A stretch of 64,000 nt of DNA from IMG/VR virus record IMGVR_UViG_3300025309_000012; one strand, given 5' to 3'. This document shows positions 58,231-64,000 of this stretch, piece by piece. Within the stretch, counting starts at the first letter, position 1. Each line of letters begins with the position of its first letter. The translations under genes were made by a program, and so were the position numbers. This DNA comes from an uncultured virus (IMG/VR IMGVR_UViG_3300025309_000012). Its lineage: Duplodnaviria; Heunggongvirae; Uroviricota; Caudoviricetes. A model generated the notes under the pieces. That model was not told where the DNA came from and ran no database searches. It was given only the letters and a program-made list of their open reading frames with translations.

Positions 58231-58746
58231 ATGAGAACAATTACAGTGAGAATTTACACGTTTGATGAATTGAATGATAAGAGCAAAGAAAAGGCCATTG
58301 GAAATTTAAGCGATATAAACATTAGTCATGAATGGTGGGATTATACTTTTGAAGATGCTGAAAACATTGGATTGAAAATCAGTGCTTTTGATATCGGTAG
58401 AGGATCTTACGTTAAAGGTAAATTTATTTATTCCGCCGCCGAAGTTGCAGCAAATATTTTACGCGACCATGGTGAAAAGTGTGATACATACCGAACTGCG
58501 GAAGACTTTCTGACAACCTGGCAACCGGTTTTTAACGATTACATGGATGAAGAGCATGAAAATTATGAAAGCAGGGAAAGTGAGGACAAATTGCAAGAGA
58601 TTGAAGAAGAATTTTTACGCTCATTGTGTGAGGACTATCGTATTATGTTGCAAAAAAATTATGAATATTTAACCAGTGGAGAAGCGATAATTGAAACAAT
58701 TCAGGCAAACGAATATGAATTTACAGAAAACGGAGAATTGTATTAG
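58231..58746 (+). CDS. acidic early hypothetical protein
   Basis: IYTFDEL...KEKA, YEYLTS.EAI.ETI.ANEYEF.ENG; GAGGTGAGG RBS. Confidence 0.65.
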   Translation: MRTITVRIYTFDELNDKSKEKAIGNLSDINISHEWWDYTFEDAENIGLKISAFDIGRGSYVKGKFIYSAAEVAANILRDHGEKCDTYRTAEDFLTTWQPVFNDYMDEEHENYESRESEDKLQEIEEEFLRSLCEDYRIMLQKNYEYLTSGEAIIETIQANEYEFTENGELY

Positions 58747-58861
58747 GTATGATTTAAGACGTTTTCAAACTTCAATGCCTGTACATACCAGGATATTTTA
58801 AATCAAGCTGTATGGTGGGTTTAAAGGCCTGCAATCAACTAATAACTAGTGAGGTGAGGTT

Positions 58862-59130
58862 ATGACTAGTTCAGAATTAAAATATAGGCATGAAACAAAT
58901 AACCCCGGTTCATGTTTTTCACCCGAAATAATATGAAATTTGCTGGTGATACCATGAAAAATTATGGTGTTCGTGAATCAGCGGTAATTACGAACTATGA
59001 CAATAACGGCGATTATACCGAATCAGGGATTGTTATTGAATGCTGGGAATTATATCGCCGCAAGCCTGTAAAACATGGATTGTCAAAGAGTGCGTTTTTC
59101 AACAAAATTACTTTCAAAGTTGTTAAATAA
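58862..59130 (+). pseudogene. early hypothetical gene with apparent 1-nt frameshift near 58910
   Basis: RBS-led MTSSELKYRHETNNPGS joins FFTRNNMKFAGDTMKNYGVR in the -1 frame. Confidence 0.55.
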
Positions 59131-59276
59131 CAAATTGAAACGGTTTCATGTTCAAGGTTTGTAAGGTATTGATATTATTAGCGCGTGTTTGCATCATTTG
59201 CATGTTTTAATTATAAGAGTTAATGAATTTTCAATCTTCTTGACTCTGATTAAAACCAAACCTTAAAGGAGAGATT

Positions 59277-59444
59277 ATGAAGATCAATGAAATTATGGCA
59301 ATGACACACAAAGAATTTGCAGTTAAGATCAAGACTTTTAAAGCGAGCTGTGAAAAGGCTGGTGTTGAACCTACAAAGCGACAGGCCAGCAAATACAGGC
59401 TCAAGAAGGGCAAAGCATATATGGCTAAAGAGGCGAGCAAATGA
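59277..59444 (+). CDS. 55 aa basic protein (..CEKAGVEPTKRQASKYR..), not in the ORF track
   Basis: AAGGAG RBS. Confidence 0.6.
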   Translation: MKINEIMAMTHKEFAVKIKTFKASCEKAGVEPTKRQASKYRLKKGKAYMAKEASK

Positions 59445-59932
59445 GGCCATGGCAGCTTGCTCTTGTCTTTGCCATGGTTTATGCCCTTGCAAGCTATGTC
59501 GAGTTCTGTTTGTAATAGTTGTGTATACACAATTGAAAAGGAGAATGCTATGAAGCTAAGTCTTGCGGGCTGGTTCTGGTTGTCTTACTTTGCTCTGATT
59601 TTATTTTTGTTAAAATTTTGCTATAACTGAATTTGTATGAATTTTTTGTATTGCATAAAACGCAATAATAATTGTTTCGTGTTGCGTGAAGTGAAATACC
59701 ATATAACGGGAATTGTATGACGGGCCTATACAGGATATTTTCTTGTTATAAAACTTTGAAATAAACTCTAAAAGGGGCGGATATGAAGTATTACATTATT
59801 TTTTGCACTTCTTCTAACAACTTAATTTGTTTCACTTCTTCATACTCTAGCCATATTGAAGAAATTTTTGACGTTATCCAAGCTGAAAATATCTATGAAT
59901 TCAACTGTTAAAAATAAAATAAAGGCAATATC

Positions 59933-60304
59933 ATGACCACTTACATTGATATAACGGGTTCTAATATCAAAACCGGGCCTTGGATTCACAAGGTAAGTAC
60001 TAAAGCCTTTACATTCAAAACCGTTAATGGCATTAGGTTTGCCATAACTGAAAACAACTACTACCTTGATACTAAAGCCGATAAGATCAGATATCAGTTT
60101 ATGTCTTGTGCTGGTTGTTCATGGAAACATAGTTATGTCATTTATATGGAAGTAAGACCTAATGTTTTTGTTTATTTTATTCAATGCACTGAATACGATC
60201 TTGATATGAGGATAAAGCAATGCTCTGATGTTTATCACAATTATGATTATCCAAACAATTTTGAAGTAGATGCATATATAAATCAATTGCAGAGAAAGGT
60301 ATGA
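59933..60304 (+). CDS. early hypothetical protein
   Basis: 123 aa ORF with AAGG RBS. Confidence 0.5.
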   Translation: MTTYIDITGSNIKTGPWIHKVSTKAFTFKTVNGIRFAITENNYYLDTKADKIRYQFMSCAGCSWKHSYVIYMEVRPNVFVYFIQCTEYDLDMRIKQCSDVYHNYDYPNNFEVDAYINQLQRKV

Positions 60305-60976
60305 TTATGAAAATTATTGCCATTGCTTGTAATGACAGATTTTTTACTATAGGCAAAACTAGGAGAAAAATTATTACAAGCAATGGTTGCAATGAACCTT
60401 GTAAGAACAGATTTTATTGCCCGAAACGAAATTGGCTTATGTTAGAAAAATGTCCGTTCCTGAATTTGAACGAATGCAATAATTTTGTCAAAATGTGTGG
60501 GAAAATTTAGCTATAACCGAAAAGACGTGAATTTTATTTTATCAGTTTTTATAACAATTTGTGGAAAACTGGCTATAACTGAAAGGACGTGAATTCATGG
60601 CTTATTTATAACCGGTTTTAATTATTTTGTTATAACCTTGTTTTTATCTTGATTTTATTTGTTTTTGGTGTATAATTTTAAATAAGATAAACAAAAATTA
60701 AAGGAGAAAGTTATGAAGAATGAAAGATATATTGTAGTAAACAGAAGTTATTGGCAAAAAGTGATCCTTCTATTAAAGCAAGCATTTATGGTGCTGTACC
60801 TTATTTGTCAGAAGAAGACCAGCTGGATTGGGAAATAAAAGAAAACGGATATAATATCATAAACACAAAAAATAATTGTGTTTATGGTAATTCATATTTC
60901 CCTTATTACTGGACAAAAAGGAAGCTCAGGATATCTGCGATAAGAGAAATCAATTAAAATTTAAAAGGAGAAAATT

Positions 60977-61855
60977 ATGAAAACTGATTATTCAGAACTT
61001 AAAGGCGAGGAAGTAATTTTTATTAATGACGCAGGGGAAGATGAACCTCAAGAGGTGTTAGATTCGTATTTCATCGACATTGAAGAGTTCGATGAATTTT
61101 ACAATGAAAGCACATCATTGTGCGTAGTTAGTGCTCGTAAGGGTATGGGGAAATCTGCTCTCTTGTCTCGCTTAGAATATAAACTTCGTAATTCAAGCGA
61201 TTATGAGAACCCAATTATTGTCAGATCCACAGGAAATGCACTGCTTGGGTTGGGTGATTTTCAAGGTAAAGATCAAGCATATTTAGAAAATTATTGGAAG
61301 CAAATTGTCTGTAAGAAAATCAATATTGAGATTGGTAAGCTCATTGGATTTGCTTTGGCAGATAACGAAATATCAATGGTTGAGGCAGCAGAGCTTGAAG
61401 GAATTAAGAGCAAAAACCTTGTTGGTGCTCTTGTGTCTAGAATTAAAGGAAAAATTCCGTATTTAAATTTAGAACTGAAAAAAAGCATACCTGATAACTG
61501 GGAACAGTTACTTAAGACGTACCAGGAAAGTCACAGTAAATCAGCGGTTTGGGTTTTAATAGACGACATTGATGCGAAATATTTAGATACTGAAGAGTAT
61601 CAAATTAGGATTGGTTCTTTTTTTAGTGCTATAAGAGGACTTGTCCATGATGTTAAAAATTTAAATATTCGTGTAACAGTGAGAACGGATGTTTGGCACA
61701 ATCTAAGATATCTTGAGGATTTGGATAAATTGGAACAGTATTTGATTGAAATAAACTGGACCAAAAATAGAACGAAAGAAATGCTTGCAAAGCGCATATC
61801 ATCAAATGCATTCAAAGCGGCAAATATGATGTTGGGGAAAGGAAAAAATTTGTAG
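60977..61855 (+). CDS. truncated Sll1717/FunZ-like P-loop ATPase fused to a phage gene start
   Basis: NDAGEDE....L.SYF, SARKGMGKSA, VLIDDID, VRTDVW, I.W. Confidence 0.65.
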   Translation: MKTDYSELKGEEVIFINDAGEDEPQEVLDSYFIDIEEFDEFYNESTSLCVVSARKGMGKSALLSRLEYKLRNSSDYENPIIVRSTGNALLGLGDFQGKDQAYLENYWKQIVCKKINIEIGKLIGFALADNEISMVEAAELEGIKSKNLVGALVSRIKGKIPYLNLELKKSIPDNWEQLLKTYQESHSKSAVWVLIDDIDAKYLDTEEYQIRIGSFFSAIRGLVHDVKNLNIRVTVRTDVWHNLRYLEDLDKLEQYLIEINWTKNRTKEMLAKRISSNAFKAANMMLGKGKNL

Positions 61856-62179
61856 ATCAAAGTAATTGCAAGGGCAATCTCCAGTGCTCATTTAAATAAC
61901 GGCAATGGGTGAAGTCATGAATATAAAATTGTATTGTAAAAGTATGGGGAAAATTTTTAGAGTAACCAAAGTCGCTTTAAATGATCAAGAAGCAAATGAT
62001 TATTGCTCAAAACATAAAGATCAAGGAGTAATAGCAGTAGACAATAAAAATGGCCTGGTTTATATCGCTGAGTTCTATTCTTCTAAAGTTCCATCAAGCG
62101 TATTGCCTGACTAAAACAAAAGATATACTTTGAAAATAAATCTATAACTGAAATAACGTGAATTTTTTGGAGGTGATAA

Positions 62180-63790
62180 ATGAGCATTAACGGCCTTATC
62201 AAAGAAATAAAAGCAAGCAATCAAGACTTTGAATTCTATCCCACGACCAATGAGATTATTGATTTGATCAGAACAGACTTAAAAGAACCTTATAAGGAAG
62301 GGATTTTCAAATCTGTTTTAGATTGTGGAGCTGGAAACGGTCAGACTTTAGATAAATTGACAGATGGCGACAAATACGCCATTGAAAAATCAGAAATACT
62401 TATTAGCGCAATGCCTGCTAATATTTTCATAGTAGGTACTGAATTTTTTGAAAACTCGCTAATTGATAAAAAAGTCGATGTAGTTTTCTGCAATCCTCCA
62501 TATAGTCAGTACCGGGAATGGGCGGTAAAGATTATTAATGAAGCAAATTGCAATTGTATTTACTTGGTATTGCCTGAAAGATGGAAAAACCAGCCCGAAA
62601 TAAAAGCTTGTATTGAAGGCAGAAAAGCAAGTTTTAAAGTATTAGGAAATTTCGATTTTCTTGAAGCTGATAGAAAATCGAAAGCAAAAGCAGATGTTAT
62701 TAAAATTAGTTTAAATACGATTTCAAGGTATAGTAATTCTGCTAGCCCGGACATAGATCCTTTCAGTTTATGGGTAGAAAAAACGTTTCCTATTAACAGT
62801 CAAAAAACAAATTTAAAAGAACAAGAACAGAAATTTAGAGAAAAAATAAATGAATTAGTACCAGGCCGTGGACTTGCAAACACTTTAGTCAGTTTGTATC
62901 AAAATGAACTCAATGTTTTGCAGACTAATTTTGCTAACATATCGGGCCTTGATTTTACAATTTTTTCTGAGTTGAAAATTGATTTTGCCTCAATTGTTCA
63001 TTTGCTAAAATCAAGGATTGTAAATTTGAAAACTAAATACTGGCGTGAACTTTTTGACCATTTTGAGCCAGTAACAAATAGGCTTACATCTGCAAGCAGA
63101 AAAGCTTTACTTGACACATTGACTAAAAATATCGGCGTTGATTTTAATGAAAACAATATTTATGCCGTAACTTTGTGGGCGATTAAAAACGCTAATCATT
63201 ATTTTGATCAGCAATTAATTGACGTTTATGTAGGCTTGTCTAAAAAAGCGAATTGCATTAAATACAAGTCAAATCTGAATACGTGGGAAAATGATCATTG
63301 GCGATTTAACGAAATATATAGAGACGGCAAAGCAGGCTCTTATTGCCTTGATTATCGTTGTGTGCTTGAGTTCTACAACACATTTGATACTAGCAGCTAT
63401 GGGCAATATGATTACCCCAAAGGGCTTAAAAACAGTGTTCACGACGCTATTAATGATATTATCGCCATAGCTAAAAATTTAGGCTTTGCTTGTAATAGTT
63501 CTGAAAATAGTTTAAACAAAGACTGGAAACCAGGGCAAAGCAATGATTTTTATATGAATGATGGCAAGATCTTGATGAATGTCAGGGCATATAAAAACGG
63601 AAACATTCATTTTAAATTTGATCAAAAGTTTTTGAAAAGCTTGAATATAGAATTCGGTAGACTAAAGGGATGGCTTAGGAATGCGAAACAAGCCAGTCAA
63701 GAAATGGATATAACAGAGACAGAGGCTAAAAAATATTTCAAAACCAATTTTAGCCTTGAATATTCAGCGGTTAAAAGTATTACTAATTAA
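62180..63790 (+). CDS. N6-adenine methyltransferase domain plus DUF4942-like C-terminal domain
   Basis: EFYPT, VLDCGAGNG, FCNPPY, YKNGNIHFK. Confidence 0.75.
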   Translation: MSINGLIKEIKASNQDFEFYPTTNEIIDLIRTDLKEPYKEGIFKSVLDCGAGNGQTLDKLTDGDKYAIEKSEILISAMPANIFIVGTEFFENSLIDKKVDVVFCNPPYSQYREWAVKIINEANCNCIYLVLPERWKNQPEIKACIEGRKASFKVLGNFDFLEADRKSKAKADVIKISLNTISRYSNSASPDIDPFSLWVEKTFPINSQKTNLKEQEQKFREKINELVPGRGLANTLVSLYQNELNVLQTNFANISGLDFTIFSELKIDFASIVHLLKSRIVNLKTKYWRELFDHFEPVTNRLTSASRKALLDTLTKNIGVDFNENNIYAVTLWAIKNANHYFDQQLIDVYVGLSKKANCIKYKSNLNTWENDHWRFNEIYRDGKAGSYCLDYRCVLEFYNTFDTSSYGQYDYPKGLKNSVHDAINDIIAIAKNLGFACNSSENSLNKDWKPGQSNDFYMNDGKILMNVRAYKNGNIHFKFDQKFLKSLNIEFGRLKGWLRNAKQASQEMDITETEAKKYFKTNFSLEYSAVKSITN

Positions 63791-64000
63791 GGAGAGATTA
63801 TGAAAGTTAAATGCATTAATAACATTGATATGAAAGGTATTTTAGAAATTGGCAAAATATATACAGTCGAGAAGGAAGAAGGTAGATATTATCATCTTAA
63901 AGAAACGTTAAACATAGGCGGCTGTTATTGGAAAACTAGATTTGAAAAGGTAAGGGATGATAAAACAAACAGCAATTCAATTACCAAGAAAGATATTCGA

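Larger units (their letters stand above)
59621..62164 (+). repeat. dispersed 23-bp motif CTATAAC(T/C)GAAnnn(AC/GT)(G/A)TGAATT
   Basis: copies at 59621, 60511, 60573, 62142 and a degenerate one at 59701; all intergenic and co-oriented. Confidence 0.75.

Noticed and set aside
59231..59553. Three tracked overlapping ORFs
   Set aside because: They are better explained by the RBS-led 55-aa gene at 59277..59444.
59621..62164. 23-bp repeats as a CRISPR mini-array
   Set aside because: Copies are degenerate, irregularly spaced and separated by genes; no cas genes are present.
1..64000. Stop-codon reassignment
   Set aside because: Long conserved genes are intact in code 11, and TAA, TAG and TGA all end well-defined genes; the breaks are frameshifts, not in-frame stops.

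Overview
A 64-kb segment of an AT-rich tailed dsDNA bacteriophage (or prophage) genome, siphovirus-like with an HK97-fold capsid and the standard genetic code. Three blocks are visible. (1) 1-12.2 kb, + strand: DNA metabolism genes (SbcD/SbcC-like nuclease, ThyX-like protein, nucleotidase, frameshifted Dam-type methylase, dUTPase, class II ribonucleotide reductase). (2) 12.2-52.7 kb, - strand: late operon from tRNA-His, terminases and portal through head, tail and lysis genes. (3) 52.9-64 kb, + strand: a putative origin and initiator, a terminus-like non-coding stretch and small early genes. Unusual elements: a repeated three-way-junction/pseudoknot RNA-like motif in late-operon leaders, two copies ahead of HNH genes; a glycosyltransferase/methyltransferase/radical-SAM cluster inside the head-tail genes; a prohead protease carrying a complete AAA+ ATPase; a GC-rich cassette of signal-peptide-bearing proteins next to the portal; a lox-like 14-bp site in three copies; a 23-bp early-region motif; a host-like P-loop ATPase fragment inserted into a phage gene; and an internally deleted endolysin. 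All product calls come from motif recognition by eye. No database searches were run.
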